From Bugula neritina (taxonomy: Eukaryota > Animalia > Bryozoa): a DNA stretch of 64,000 nt. Positions within the stretch are counted from its first letter, which is position 1; each line of letters opens with the position of its first letter. Below the pieces are notes generated by a model, which did not search any database, was not told the origin of the DNA, and saw only the letters and a list, made by a program, of their open reading frames with translations. Shown here piece after piece: positions 14,101 to 28,500 of the stretch. The DNA is taken from positions 28,598,628 to 28,662,627 of the forward strand of contig OZ037767.1 in assembly GCA_964035545.1 (NCBI GenBank). Direction: 5' to 3'. Position numbers and translations under genes: made by a program.

Positions 14101-14919
14101 TAACTAGTTACTTATTGCCATCAAAATTCAATAACAGTCTAAGTGAGAAAAGAAAAGGCCTACTTGCATAATCATTTTTTTAATAAGTTTTAAGCTTATC
14201 GCAAATTGAATATCATAATATTTATTAAATATAACAATATGAATATATCTTATTTTAGTTAAACTCAAAGTGATTGATGCAGGTGTTCATGAAAAATCAG
14301 TATCATGGAGAATTGGGTTAAATTAAATGACTGTTATTGATTGCAGTGCTACTGATTGTTCATGGACATCTATTGTTCATATCATCAGTCTTTAATCGCA
14401 TTGAGTTTGGTTAAAAGCGAAACATTATGAACAATATATGTTTATATATATAACTTATAAGATTAAGTTTACTTGAAAAAAAACTTTTACTATTACTTAG
14501 TTTCATTTAAACTAAATGCCAAAAAGACTGATAGTGATTTTAATGTGAGTGTGACTCATTATCATAGTACTCATAATTATTAATTACCCAGCACAAATGT
14601 TTAGAATTTCAGGCATTTTTAATTTTTACAAATATATCAAAAGGCTACAAGACACAAATTGAAGTAGTACTAGTAGTACTAGTACAACTACATAATCATA
14701 TATTTATAACATTAATATGCAAACAATACAAGTGCATTAAAAGTATTTAATTAAATTTCTCACTTGTGCTAAGGTTCTGACAACTGTCATGGGATAAAAA
14801 GCTGTTACACCAACAATGCCTAAGACGGGTCGCGCACTATTAGGCACCTCTGGGGCTGTACTACTGCTTTTCTTAGCAAAACCACCTTGTTCCATAGGCC
14901 TTGAAGTTGGTGCAGGCAT
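8197..14919 (-). CDS. MTCH2: Mitochondrial carrier homolog (MTCH1/2 family, outer-membrane insertase), ~309 aa
   Basis: Exons 14764-14919, 14001-14088, 12775-12881, 12398-12481, 12184-12241, 11818-11929, 11077-11188, 10783-10815, 10167-10234, 9791-9854 (or 9657-9726) and 8197-8244; all GT-AG and frame-consistent. Motifs AQVGYEP, DGFTVLFTGLTPR, EGFSGFFSGLVPR and C-terminal RGQNMFYRK resemble MTCH2. Confidence 0.88.
8578..8768. repeat. Minisatellite, 23-24 bp unit (GTGAGTACTACCAGTCAGTGTACT), ~8 copies, last intron of MTCH
   Basis: Directly visible tandem copies. Confidence 0.9.
9657..9726 (-). CDS. Duplicated alternative penultimate exon of MTCH (exon 10b)
   Basis: TGTAG acceptor and GTACGT donor; 70 nt with the same phases (2 in, 0 out) as exon 9791-9854. 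Encodes IEPPNDIPLCVSWRRHYNKLCDL, similar to LKLNIPVCPTWRGVYHQLTVM. Confidence 0.65.
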
Positions 14920-15442
14920 AATGATAACGATACTAAAAATATTAATATAGCAGAATCAATAAACCAAAAAATATGTACCACTACTAATTAATAGTCGCTC
15001 TGTAAATATATCTTTACCACCGGCTTATTCAATCAATAAATTTGCTTAAAAAATACAGAATGCTTTCATTCAACTTCAAGCGACAATCAAATGAAGCACT
15101 CAGCGGAAAGTAACTTTCGCCCAATTTGGACACTTGCTGGATTCATAATTTGGCGATTGGTTTACCTTATCACGCAACTTTTTTTTAAACATGCATGCGC
15201 GTATTAAATGTAAATTTCAAGTGTTTAACAAAATTATCTATGGTAGACTATATTTTTTATCGTAGATAAAACTATTTAATTATTTTGTTTTAATTATATT
15301 TATATTGGAACAAAACTAAACATAAATGCGTTGACGTACTTAGAGAGGTGGGCGTGCTATCAACTTTGCCACGTTGGGCGCAATGCATTTTGGCCACGAA
15401 TAATCAACGTAAACAAATCAGCAGTTTACAGAAAAGGTTCAG
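14920..15442. promoter_or_regulatory. Probable bidirectional promoter for MTCH (-) and vigilin (+)
   Basis: Head-to-head arrangement. CpG-containing segment with GTGGGCGTG (~15349). A strong donor CAG|GTGAGG at 15443 suggests a non-coding vigilin exon 1 ending at 15442. Confidence 0.55.
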
Positions 15443-16988
15443 GTGAGGTGCAATGGATTTTTTTTTACTCTGACCGTGATATTGCATTTTTATGTTTTGT
15501 TGATTAAATTTGGTGCTGCCGCTACTAGATACTTTACAGAGTATCCCTGTGAAATTTTTCTACATGCTTAAAAAGTTTATCAGTAATACCATCCGAGTGT
15601 ATCACTAATTTTACTTGTACGTTTACTTTTAGTTTTACACTTTCACTTTGACTTAGACTTAGAGTTACTGTTAGTAATACTATTACTATTGGTATTACTA
15701 TTAGTGTCTTGAAAGTTGAAGTTGATCTAGATCAGAAAAAATGAAATGACTAATACTAATAGTATTACCGTTAGTAATACTATTAGTGTTACTGTTACTG
15801 TTAGTATTACTATTACTATTAGTATTACAGTATTAGTAATACTATTAGTATTAGTATTACTATTACTTACATTACTATAAGTATAAGTATTACATATACT
15901 ATCAGTATCACTGTGAATAAAATTTTCACTATTACATTTACTATTAGTATTAGTATTAGTAATACTAATAGTAATTGTAAATAATTGTTCATTATAATAT
16001 TAATATAAGTGTTTCATTAACTAATTAAATCAAATGATTAAGTTTAATTGCTAATTTGAATTGTGTCTAACTTGGTTGAAAGTCAAACTCATTGCTATTG
16101 CACTTAATGTTATTTATGTAATTCAAATTCCATAAACTTTAAGTCTGACACTCATTTAGTGATTCATTTTTAATGATTTGTCAAGAAATAAAGAAAAAGA
16201 TTCAAGTTCAACAACTCTAAAGGATAGTTTAATTGCATATTGATATTGCCGGCTGTTAAAGTATCCCAAATAGATCAGCAAAAAAGCCAAACATTAATTG
16301 GTATTTGTACTTGTGTTGTTATTAATTATCAATTTATATTACCTAATAAGTTGATTGATTGATTGATTGATTGATTTATTACATATCACAAACATGACAA
16401 CACGTTGCAAAATTCAGTGTAAATACTTGCTATAATAAGTAGGAATGAACAAAAATAAGAGAAAAAAAATCAAAACTCTGTTGGATTATTTAAAATAAAA
16501 GCTCATTTAAAGTATTTACAGTACTAATACATATACATACATATACATACATACATATACATATACTAATACATATCATTATCGTAATATGTTATTCAAA
16601 GTTTTAGTTATTTATGAAATCTACTTCACTCGTATCAAGTATGATATGTGAAAAATAATTTTGCCAACTGCAGCAAGTCTGTCTATAATGGTCAGTGCTG
16701 GTGCTGTGATTGACTTGAGTTGTAGCTATGTAGTATGTGCTAAGAGGCCTACTTACTGTTGTTGTCTTTCCCTAGATATTGAATCACTGTGGCTTTCAAA
16801 CATATCAACACTCATTAGGACGGATTTCCGGGACAGTTAAGTAAGTCTAAATCACTTATTCTGGCATCATAAATTAAAATTGTCTATCTAATGGGTTAGT
16901 AGTAAATACAATAGTGTTAGACTTCTGAACTTTTCATTGCTTCTCTTGGTTCCACAGCTCTGTACGACTTTGGAAACGTTTACCGACC

Positions 16989-18030
16989 ATGAGTTCAGCT
17001 GAAGAATCTAATGGCGTGGCTGGGATTGGCGAGGTCTATGGAGAAGCTTTCCCAGTTCTTCCAACTCGAATGAAACCGCAAAAAACGGTTACGAATGGAA
17101 AGACTGGAAAGGATCCTGAACATATCAAAGCCACTCCTGCTGGATCTCACCCACACATTAGAAGTTCTACCATCACCCAGGTATAGTCTACACTCTACAG
17201 TATGCTAAGAGTCATGTTTGATGAATAATCCTAACGTTATCACTTCTGGAAGCAGAACATTTACATAAGTACGGAGTACCTTGTAAGGTTGCACATAAAT
17301 CATATCAACATAGTCTATTCACCTTGTTGATGGTGTGGCTCTAACCACATGAGTTTGTCCTGGTGTTGGCAGGTCTTTCATGTACCACTCGAAGAGAGGC
17401 GTTACAAGAAGCTGGACCAGGCCTTCAGTTCTGACCGGACAGCCCAAGACCAAGCATGTCAGCAGATCTCCAAGCAACACGATGTTCACATCGAGACCAC
17501 CCTGGCCCGAGACCAGTCCCTCACCGTTGTCCTCACTGGCAAGGCTGATGCCGTAATGAAAGCCAAACGTGACGTCATCAATCGACTTCAAACTCAGGTG
17601 AGTTGTCAGTCTTCTCTATACACGTGCTATCGCAAGGAGTAGTCCAGCAGCTTCAGTCTGTAACTGTGTAATGTTACTGGAATGTAGGCACAGGTCACCA
17701 TCAGCATCCCCAAAGAGCACTACAAGTACATCCTGGGAGCCAAAGGTAAGAAACTGGCCGACTTGGAGCTGGAAACAGCCACCAAAATATTAATACCAAG
17801 GCAAGAGGACTCAAGTGACCAAATCAAGATTACTGGCAACAAGGAGGGGCTGGACCGCGCCATGCATGAGATTCAGCTGATCTCTGATGAGCAGGTAATT
17901 CACCGCTGTACTAGTAGTACTAGTAAAAGTAGTACTAGTAGGAGTAGTAGTTATAGTAGTAGTAGTACTAGTAGGAGTAGTAGGAGTAGTAGTTATAGTA
18001 CTAGTAGTAGTAGTAGTGGTAGTAGTAGTG

Positions 18031-18061
<31 letters not shown>

Positions 18062-21000
18062 TAGTAGTAGTAGTATTAATAGTAGTAATTAATGGTAACC
18101 TCCATTTCACTCTGTGTGTTGAGCTACTGGTACTTCTACCATATGCTGGTAGATAATGATGTTATCAATAAATGACTACAAACCTTTGCCTATAATGTGA
18201 CCTGAAGCTCCATCACCATATGTACAAAGGTTACTTGCCTCAAAGCTGATGGTCTGTTTAGTTGAGATTGAACTATTAGCAATACTAACAAAAACTGTAG
18301 AGCTGGAAAAAGCAGTGCAGTGTTCAGTTTTAATATCTACGCTTGAAAACCTGCCAGTATGAATATCCACCGGGAGTTTGCATAAACCATTAGTTATTAT
18401 ATTTAATTTATGCAGGCTAAACTGGCGTTTGAGAGATTGAATATTCCTAAGATATACCACCCATTCATCACTGGAGCTAACAACACCCAGCTTAAGAAGC
18501 TGCAAGAGTCTACTGGAGCACGCATTAACATCCCCCCACCCAGCGTCATGAAAGATGAGTTGACTGTGGCAGGTGAGAAGGAAGGAGTGAAGAAAGCGGT
18601 GGAAGAGATCAATCGAATTTATAATGAGAAGAAGCAGAGATGTCAAACCGTAAGTTCTTGACATCACGCCAGACAACTATGCATAACGAGACTGTCATGC
18701 CTTGATTGTTGCGCACTGTAGAATGTCACGTTTTTCAAATTCTAGTTATGACATCTCCTTGTATCTTGCATCATAGCTAGTTGGCATATTTGTACTCATT
18801 TATACTGTTTAGTAACATGGACTTAATTCTGTATCCTCAGAGAGCTCTACATCTACCATATTCCTCTACATCTACCATATTTCTCTATGTCTACCATATT
18901 TCTCTATATCTACCATATTTCTCTATGTCTACCATATTTCTCTACATCTACCATATTTCTCTACATCTACCATATTTCTCTATGTCTACCATATTTCTCT
19001 ACATCTACCATATTTCTCTACATCTACCATATTTCTCTACATCTACCATATTTCTCTACATCTACCATATTCCTCTACATCTACCATATTTCTCTATATC
19101 TACCATATTTCTCTAAGTCTACCATATTTCTCTATATCTACCATATTTCTCTATATCTACCATATTTCTCTATATCCACCATATTTCTCTATATCCACCA
19201 TATTTCTCTACGTCTACCATATTTCTCTACATCTACCATATTTCTCTACATCTACCATATTTGCTGTAACTGCAGGTTTCGGTCGAAGTAAGCAAGAAGC
19301 AGCACAAGTACGTCATCGGCCCAAGAGGTCAGGGACTGCAGGAGATCATGGCTCAGTATCAAACCAGCGTTGAAGTTCCACCCCTGGATTCCCCCTCCTC
19401 CACCATCACGCTGAGGGGAGACTCCGCCTCCCTTGGCGCCGCCCTCAGTGCCGTCTACCAGAAGGCTAACAGCATCGTCTCCTTTGAGGTGGCTGCCCCC
19501 TCCTGGCTCCACCGGTTCATTATTGGCAAGCAAGGAGCCAATATAAAGAAGGTATTTGTTGTTTGAGCATATGAATGTACCTGGTGGGAGGTTCTGTTGA
19601 AGTTTAGCATACGTTGATTCTAGTCTGATTTATCTATGTATGTGGCTGCATGTCTGGTGTGGATTATATTAAATGCTGTCATACTTATTTCTTCCTGAAG
19701 CTGAAAGCCAACTTACACAATTGTTACTCCTTGTACATATATGAGAGTATGTCTATATGCACTGTGTATGTGCACTGTCTGTGTGCGCTGTCTATATGCA
19801 CTATCAGCACACAAAGTATGTTCTTCCTACAGCTGATGTCTGAAGTACCCAAGGTTCACATCGAGTTTGCTGATGGAGAGGACAAGATCTGCCTGGAAGG
19901 ACCACCAGAGGAAGTGACTGTGGCGCAGAAGGAGCTGGAGAAGATAGTAGCCGAGTTGAAGCGCACCATGGACTTTGCTGAGGTGAAGGTTGACAAGAAG
20001 GTAAGAGTATTGACTCTGTTGTGACATTCTAATTTCACTTCAAACATTCCACATTAGGAACCACTCTGTATACAATACTGTCAGACTTTCTACAACATTT
20101 GTCTAAACTTTAAGTGTTGTGTGTGTTTGTAGTACCACCGTAATATCATTGGCAAGTCTGGAGCTAACCGACAACGTATGATGACGGAGACTAACACCAA
20201 CATTAGAATACCAAGTGAAGACGACTCCAGTGAAATCATCAGGATAGAAGGCGATCCTGCTGGGGTCAAGGTCGTCAAGGCTGAACTCATGGAAATGGTC
20301 AAGAAAATGGTAAGACTTGCCCTCCAGGCTGGACTTATATTAATAGACCGGCACAAACATGCTCACTATTCAGTAATTAGCAATCATCAGGTTATATATT
20401 GCACGTGACTTTGGTAATTAATCTTGCTTATTCTGGATTATTGTGTGGTGGTGACGGCAATAGACTCTCTGATTTGCAGGATAATGAACGATCACGGGAC
20501 ATACTGATAGAGAACAGGTTTCACCGACAGCTCATTGGACAGAAAGGAGAGTCCATCAAGGAGATAAGAGATAAGTTCAACCAGGTTCAGATCTCTCTGC
20601 CAGACTCTGACAAGAAGAGTGACATTGTGACGCTGAGAGGCCCAAAGCAAGACGTAGAGCAATGCTTCCAGTACTTGACCAAGCTGAACAAGGAACTGGT
20701 AAGTTTCCCCCAACTTCTGAACACTTTCTTATAAACAACCTCTAAACACCTTCTTATAGACAACTTCTGAACACATGTGTGTCTTATTCATGCTAGTGTA
20801 GCACACTGTGTATGCTAGAACTTCAACTGTGCTGTGCATTCAGGAGCTATCTATGTGTGCTGTATGACAGCAACAGAGTGATCTTGTAGTTAATGTCTTC
20901 TGCTACTAAACAGTTTTTTGTAACATTATAAAGCTTTGTATTTACTGATCATGAAGATATATTTGGTCAGAATGTTATGTTTCATTATAGAAGGTGAAAT

Positions 21001-24000
21001 GTTCTCTATATGTGTATGATGTAAGGTTTAGTGATAACTTTTCTATTTATTTTCTTGGTTTTCTGGTGAAACTATTTAGAAAAATTATACAAACACTAAG
21101 TCTGTTGAAATTAGTGTTACTTCGGCTTTTAAATGGTACAAAGTGCAAAAGGTGACAAAACCTTTACTTCTTCTGCTGCCCACAAGACTTTCTGTAACAT
21201 TCATATTATTGCCTTGATTCTTTTGATTTTGAACTTATCTTGCGAAGAAGTTAGAATTTGTATTCTAATGAAAATAGAATCACTGTTGCAGACTAGAGAT
21301 TGAATGTTAATTACAGTTCTTCCTAGCTAAGGTTTTCCTATGACTACTATTTGCAGGTCTTGAATAACCATGTTGGGGAAGTGAAAATATTCAAAGACTT
21401 CCATAAGAATGTGATTGGCAAAGGAGGTGCCACCATCAAGAAGATACGAGATGAGACAGACACGCGTATTGACTTGCCCAATCAGATGTCGGCCTCGGAC
21501 ACCATCAAGATCACCGGCAAGAAGGAGAACGTGGAGAAAGCCATCACCATGATAGAGAAAATACAGAAGGAGCTGGCCAACATAGCGGAGGAGTTTGTTG
21601 ACATTCCCCACAAGCTGCACAACTCTGTGATCGGTGCAAAGGGCAGATTCATCAGAGCTCTTATGGAGGAGTGCGGGGGCGTGCAGATCAGGTTCCCCGC
21701 CGAGAACTCTGCTAGTGATCGGGTGAGTAGGCTAAGTTATTCTTTCTGCAGCTCTAGGGTGAAAGTAGCAACTGTTTGGTGTCACATGTAGTTCATCTAA
21801 CAAGGTAAATAGTGTGTCTTTGCTTTGATATTACCAACCTGTTGATCATTACAAGGAAATGTTTGTACATGCGACACACCAACACATTACAAGAGTTTAA
21901 TATTGTTTGCTGACCCACTAACCCTTGTTGTGCTAATTGCTGTTGTTTGCTGACAGGTGGTAATCCGAGGTCCCAAGGAGGACGTTGAGAATGCCAAGAA
22001 GCAGCTTCTGGAGCTGGTTGAAGACCGTAAGATCAACTCTTACACTGCTGAGCTCAAAGTCAAGCCTGAGTTCCACAAGTTCCTGATTGGCAGGGGAGGA
22101 GTCAACATACGCAAGGTTTGTCCATGTAAACTGACTCTTAGTATTATCTAGATGCTGTGTATCGAAATCCATAACTTGTAGTCCAAGTGTATGTAATCAG
22201 ATACTGAGCTTAGCATTATATACTCTGTGTACTTGATATGAACTGCTGGCTGAGTCTCCATTTACTCTCTTGGTTGTCTCCCGTACCTGCGCAGTGATTA
22301 TCTCCTCCGGTATAGTTGACAACACGCCGTGTTTATGTTGGCAGGTGAGAGATAATTTTGGAGCAAGAGTTATCTTCCCAGCTGTTGGTGATGAGCAGCC
22401 CGACATCATCACTCTGATTGGCAAGAAGGAGAGTGTGGAGAAGGCTAAAGCCCATCTTGAGGAGCAGATAGTGGAACTGGTGAGCACAGCCCTGTATTTC
22501 CTGTTGGCTTGTTGTGTACTTTATGTAGAGTTTATATTCATTCTCGTGGGTTGGCTGATCATACATACACACACTATATAGCATAGAGTCATAGACTATA
22601 ACCTGACCCTCATGCTTGAATATTCTCTAACAGGAGAAGATCGTGGAGGACACTGTGGACGTTCCTACCAAGTGGCACAAGAACTTTGTTGCACGACGTG
22701 GTGAGATGCTGACGCAAATTGCTGCCGATTACGGAGGTGTGAGCATCAGCCTGCCGCGCAACGGGTCCAACAGTGAGACCATCAAACTGAGCGGCGCCAA
22801 GGAGTGTGTGGCCGGAGCCAAGCAGAGGATACTGGAGATTGTCGATGATCTGGTGAGTGTCGACAGCGCTGACGGACTGGCTGACAGAGTAGCTAGAGTG
22901 TGTCATGGTGTCAGTTCACTCAGCAACCTCACTTCCTGTGCAATTGGCTGACCATAAAATCCTCACTTATTCTCATCTATCTCCATCTCCGCTTTGTCCT
23001 GTTCAAGTAGCGGGAAAAGACGATAGACAATATAATGAGGGAATAAAACTTTATTATTACTTGTTGAGATGAAATTTATAGCTTGAGTTCTGTTGTGTTG
23101 CTGTAGGAGGCACAGGTTACTATCGAGTGTGTCATACCCCAGAAACACCACAGGAGTGTAATGGGAGCCAAGGGTATCAATGTTCAGGAGATTACTAAAC
23201 AGTACAATGTCAACATTAAGTTTCCCGAGAGACCACGTCAGAGTCGACCTTCAGAAGACCTTTCACCTCAGGTTAGCTGGCAGCTGCAAGATTTTTCTAC
23301 TGTAAGGATATAATATTTTAAATGATTACAAAACAAGGAAATATTCTGAAACTGCTTTTGTGGAAAGGCTGCTTTCATTTTTAACTGCAACCGATTGCGT
23401 AGCAACTTGAATAGGACTCTGTTGACTGCACCATCGCACCTACTGTGACTGGAGTCTGCTGACAGTGTACATTCACTTGACCAAGATACAACTGTTGGCA
23501 TGTGACTACATGTGTAATAAACATATGGGATAATGAATTATATATACAATATTTTATTATATACAACAGCGATTTATCATGATTGTATTTAACTAATTGA
23601 CAACTTGCTATCTGTCAATTCTGAATGTGGACTCAATGTTATTTAGACTGTGGATACAATGTTAGTTAGACTGTGGATACAATGTTATTTAGACTGAGGA
23701 GCCACCTGCACTCAGCAATGGGGACGGTGACGCCACCACACCCTCACCACAAGATATTATAATGGTGAGCGGTAAGAAGGAAATGGCTGAAGATGCTAGA
23801 GATGCTCTGCAAGCACTCGTTCCTATGACCAAGGAGATGGAGATACCTTTTGAGTTCCACCGATACATCATTGGACAGAAAGGTGGGCGCGTGCTTCTAG
23901 TTAGCGCTGGAGACAGTTCGTCTTAGCAGTTGTTCCACTGCAACCTTTTGATGCTATAACTGTCTAGTGTCCATGCTTTATTGGCTTATATAAATAGAAC

Positions 24001-25551
24001 TAACTGCGCCAAGTCTATTCCTTGAGTGAAAAGCTCAAACTACTTGAATGCCACAAATGTATACTCGCTCGCTGGAGCATACAGATGCTGTGCGTTCCCT
24101 CTACCCCCTCCCCCCTCTCAGTAGAGTTGATGTCTATTTGACTAACTAGCTGTGTGCCCTGACTGCAGGTAAAGATATTCGTCAGATGATGGAGACTTAT
24201 GACGTGAACATATCCATTCCCCCGTCCGACCTGTCTAGCGACATTGTGAAGATCTCTGGTGTGGAGAGTAAAGTAGACAAAGCTATTGTCGGCCTGGAGG
24301 AGAGAGTTAAGGAACTCGAAGGCGAGAAAGCAGACAGGGTGAGGCCATAGCACATTTCTTTGCTAGAGCTAGTAAGCCACTGTGTAACACAGGGTGTGGC
24401 ATGTTAAATGCTTCACAGGTCTTGAGATCTATTGTTGGCAAGAGTAACTCTATCTTTAAATTACCAAAAGCTGGTGTAGACATAAATGTTGGACTTGCTT
24501 TTGATTATGTACAACCTGAAATATCTGAAACTGTTTCCAACTATAATGATTGCCAAGTAAAGACATGTTATGGTGTAACAGGAGCTGAGAAGCTTCACAC
24601 TGGACATCTCAGTTGACCCGAAGTACCACCCCAAGATTATTGGCCGTTCTGGTGCCGTCATCAAGAAACTGCGCACCGACCACCAGGATGTGAACATCCA
24701 GATGCCGAACAGAGACGCAGAGTTTCCAGATAAGATCACCATCTCTGGCTACGAGGCCTCCGCCAATGCTGCCAAAGATGCTATTCTCAAGATAGTGTCT
24801 GACTTGGTAAGTTGAGTGTGAATATTGCTTCTCACCAGATGTAACACACACAAGTGCTGGGTGGAGAAGTGCTTATGCTGGTGTATTGATTATGCCGAGT
24901 GTTTTATAGGAGTCTCTAACCACCCTACAAGTGACTATTGATGCCCGTGTTCACAACCGTATCATCGGTTCACGTGGCGCTGCCGTTCGTAAACTGATGG
25001 AAGAGTTCAAGGTTGATGTCAGGTTCCCAAGGAGCTCTGACAAGGAAAAGGACCTGGTGGAGATAACTGGAGCTGAAGATGATTGCTATGACTGCCAGGA
25101 TGAGCTGCTCAACCTTGCAGAGGAATATGTAAGTGTTTTGTGTAGATTCTTCGTGGCTGTTCTTATTCTGTCGGTACTGGCCATTAGCCCGCTAGCAGTA
25201 CTATAGATACAGTAGCTACTCTGATTGTAAGAAAAAACAGTTTATTATGCTTGAGTTTCTTGGAAGAAGCATTTCTGAGTTGTTGGCGTACAGTTTGGTT
25301 GTATCTTGCTGATGGACTCTCTTTTTGCTTTCTAGATGCAAGACGTCATCGACAGAGAGGAAATGAACCAATTTATGAAACCGTCCCGTCAGCAGGAGCA
25401 GCCCAAGAAAGAAGCGGCCCAGAAAGGCTTCGTTGTGTCTGGTGCACCGTGGGATACCAACAGCACTGAAGACTTCCCTACTATTGGTGGGGGTGCAGCA
25501 CCCGCTGCCAATGGGGGGTCCCGTGTCGGTCCCTGGGGTAGAAGGCATTGA
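16989..25551 (+). CDS. HDLBP: Vigilin (high-density lipoprotein binding protein), multi-KH-domain RNA-binding protein, ~1253 aa
   Basis: 18 coding exons: 16989-17180, 17373-17597, 17688-17894, 18416-18649, 19276-19551, 19833-20000, 20133-20309, 20480-20698, 21357-21722, 21957-22115, 22345-22479, 22634-22852, 23107-23271, 23693-23882, 24169-24338, 24582-24806, 24910-25128, 25336-25551 (3762 nt, in frame). N-terminal ITQVFHVPLEERRY, repeated KH GxxG loops (IIGKQG, LIGQKG, VIGKGG, LIGRGG) and C-terminal GFVVSGAPW...EDFP...WG are vigilin hallmarks. Confidence 0.96.
17908..18088. repeat. (AGT)n-type microsatellite in a vigilin intron
   Basis: Visible trinucleotide tract; it explains the Ser- and Thr-rich ORFs in the track. 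Confidence 0.9.
18846..19261. repeat. Minisatellite, 19-bp unit (TCTACCATATTTCTCTACA), ~22 copies, vigilin intron
   Basis: Visible tandem copies ending ~14 nt before the acceptor at 19275. Confidence 0.92.
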
Positions 25552-28500
25552 TCTGCTCCGCTGGATCGTTCCTCCCTCTTTCTACTCTAATGCTGACATA
25601 AAAATATACAAAAAAACTGGAAGTTTTATTCTAATAAACAGACTTTGTAATTATATTATTTTCAAAGGTGCTTTCAGTTATGTTGTTGCCAATAGTTTGT
25701 GTAATAAGCAGAATTTAACTACATTGGTCATGTAAAACTTCTCTAATTTTAATTAAACTATTTGGGAGGGTCAACAGTGGTCCATTGTTTCAACTATGCA
25801 TTATGCAATATTTTTTCCCATTTTTGTATTTTTGACTAGACTGTACTTGAGTGTACTCTATACCAAATCACTGTCTGATATATAAACAGCTTAACTGATG
25901 ACTTATAAATTTTCCAATAAAAATTGAACCTCATATTTTTATTTAATGTTATTTGGTTATTGGTCTCAGAATTTCTATTTTAAGTCGCCCACTTTGTCAT
26001 TGCTATTACTACTGTATCTGTTTGTTATTGAAATTTTCCAGCTCATGTAGATCATATAATAAATATAATTATAATGTCGATTATAGCAAAAGCTATTGAA
26101 TATGTTATCCAGTGTTCTATTGGTGTGTTACCATGATATACTTTATCACAAAGTTTTGAAATTGGTTTTGACCTGAGAAGTTTTCTTTAGCTACATGTAA
26201 CCGATAGAATAACCATTTTTGAACTTGTATTTTACTGGAAACTTTAACTTGGTATTTTACTAAGTATCGGCAAAAAATTAACATTTTCTAGATTAGTTAA
26301 AGCAGCTAATTTTAGTCATGTAGATTATTGGGAATATTTGATTTTACACTGCAAGAACAAGTGCAGCACCTGTAAATTGCTCAATGAAAAATAATAATGG
26401 TGACGTTTTCAAAGTAAAAGCTCACAGCATGGCTATAGTTGTAATCAACAGCTATATCTACATATTTTTGCTCAGCCCAAATGAAAGTATAACCTTTATT
26501 TCATATACACATTTATAGCTTATAGATCAAAATAATATCTGCTGCAGTACAAAGCCATCATAATTCTAGACAACTTGCAGTACCATCAAATGCTCAGCCA
26601 TAGAAGCTATGGAATAGCAAAAGTTTCATTCACACACATAAATTCCATTTTGTATTGTAAAACAGAAGGCTACGTTCAACATTATTATATAGTTTTTCTA
26701 GAAGATAAGTTTCCCGAGCAACCTTTGCCAAGAAATTCCTGTGAAGAAGTACAATGTTAAAAGTCATGGCTTAGCCCAAGTGACACTGATTCTGTTGCAC
26801 ACTCATGATTTTATTGACAATCATCAGCTAAATATAGCAACAACTCACCAGACCACATTTCTAATGCTACTAACTTTTCAACTAGCTGTATCTCTTGGTA
26901 TAAAGTAATTCTATTATAATTGTTCAGGTTTAAATGTATTATTTATGCATGTAGTTAGTTATTATGGTGATTGCCATGACTCAACCATAATATTGTCTCT
27001 ACCACAGCTCTCAAAGGAGGAGACATAAAATTATGTTTCATTCAATAGCACAAGTCACGAGAAGTTGTCTACCTGTGAATTATCACAATTACACACTAAA
27101 ATCAAAACTCATCATAAACTAGAAATAAACCCATGCATATCAAAATTCAAAAATTTGCTATTTAGCTTTATAATTTAGAAATGTCCTGCTATAATTAATA
27201 GTGATTGCCAAAGTTTGGTAAGAGCTATATACTTGCCATGTTATCTTAGACATCTAAAGTCCATGGCTTGTGTTGCTGGTACTGATTATTTCTGTATCCA
27301 AGGGAGACGATGAACAAGTTTGATGGACTATTATATAGCTTTTTATGTTGTTTGAACTGGGTTGATGCATTTGAGAATATAACACAATATAATTGCAATG
27401 AACTGTGTGAATATACCACCAGCACTATGAGCTACCAATATGCTGCATGCCATCAAAAATAGCACTGTTGAAATGCTTTGAAGTGAGCATCATTATAAAG
27501 GTCAGTTCCATATTCATAAATATTTTCATTTATACTACTTGAACATTAAATTTGCCGAAAACTATAAAATTGTGAAATAATTGCTCTAAATGTTGCTTTA
27601 AGTTTGAAGTTTATTGACTATAATAGGAAACAATGTATGTCATTATTCACCAACCCCCCCCCCCCCCCCCTACCGCATAATAAAAAGAAGGAAAATTTCT
27701 CCAATACAATATAATTCCTTCTCATTACTTTATAAAAGGACACAATTTAAATAGCTGTTGCATTATATACAAGTTTTGTAGTATCAGCTCCAATTTGAGC
27801 TCATACAACACATCTTTATTTTTAAATACCAACCATATTATTTTTGTGACTTTTAGCAAAAATGATTGTTCATGCTATTTATACTCGACAGAAAAAAAAA
27901 ATTGTTTTAAGAGTTATCGCTCCAACTTTAATCTAACTAAATTGCATCAAAAGACAATTGAGCGAGTCCATTATTCTTCATTATTATAATATTTATCATT
28001 TCATTACAGAGGTACTGAGTGAAAGTTGGATTAAGTTTATGAGCTTATACTTATACTTACACTTACAGTAAGTGCAATTTATACTAATACAGTTACTAAT
28101 ACTACTTATAGTTATGCAGGTATTGATAGTAGTAGTAGTTACTAGTCAGTAGTATAATTCTAATCACAATAATATAATAATTATAGTTTAATTTATAATA
28201 ATATTAATATTAATAATATTTTAATAATATCATTATTAATAATTATAAATTAAAATATAAATTAATAATTATAATGATGATGTTATTGTTAATTTCAAAA
28301 TTTAAATTAATAATTATGATGTCAATAGACAATTGCAATGGTAGTACTAGTCGTAGTACTACTAGTAACTAGTTGAAAATAAAATTTAGTTTACAAATGA
28401 TAATAAACAATATTATGTATTACATATTTATATCAAGAATATTTTAACTTATAATAATATAAATAATAATAATCAAATTAAAAATAGTAATAACACTAAC

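Noticed and set aside
18781-19291. Repetitive ORFs here and at 17811-18110, 33746-34093, 40324-40771, 45241-45750 and 62070-62291
   Set aside because: They are translations of intronic tandem repeats. They are not CRISPR arrays either, since there are no unique spacers and the context is eukaryotic.
23415-23444. Possible 30-nt cassette exon (DSVDCTIAPT) in the vigilin linker
   Set aside because: Phase-compatible, but both splice sites are weak; needs RNA evidence.
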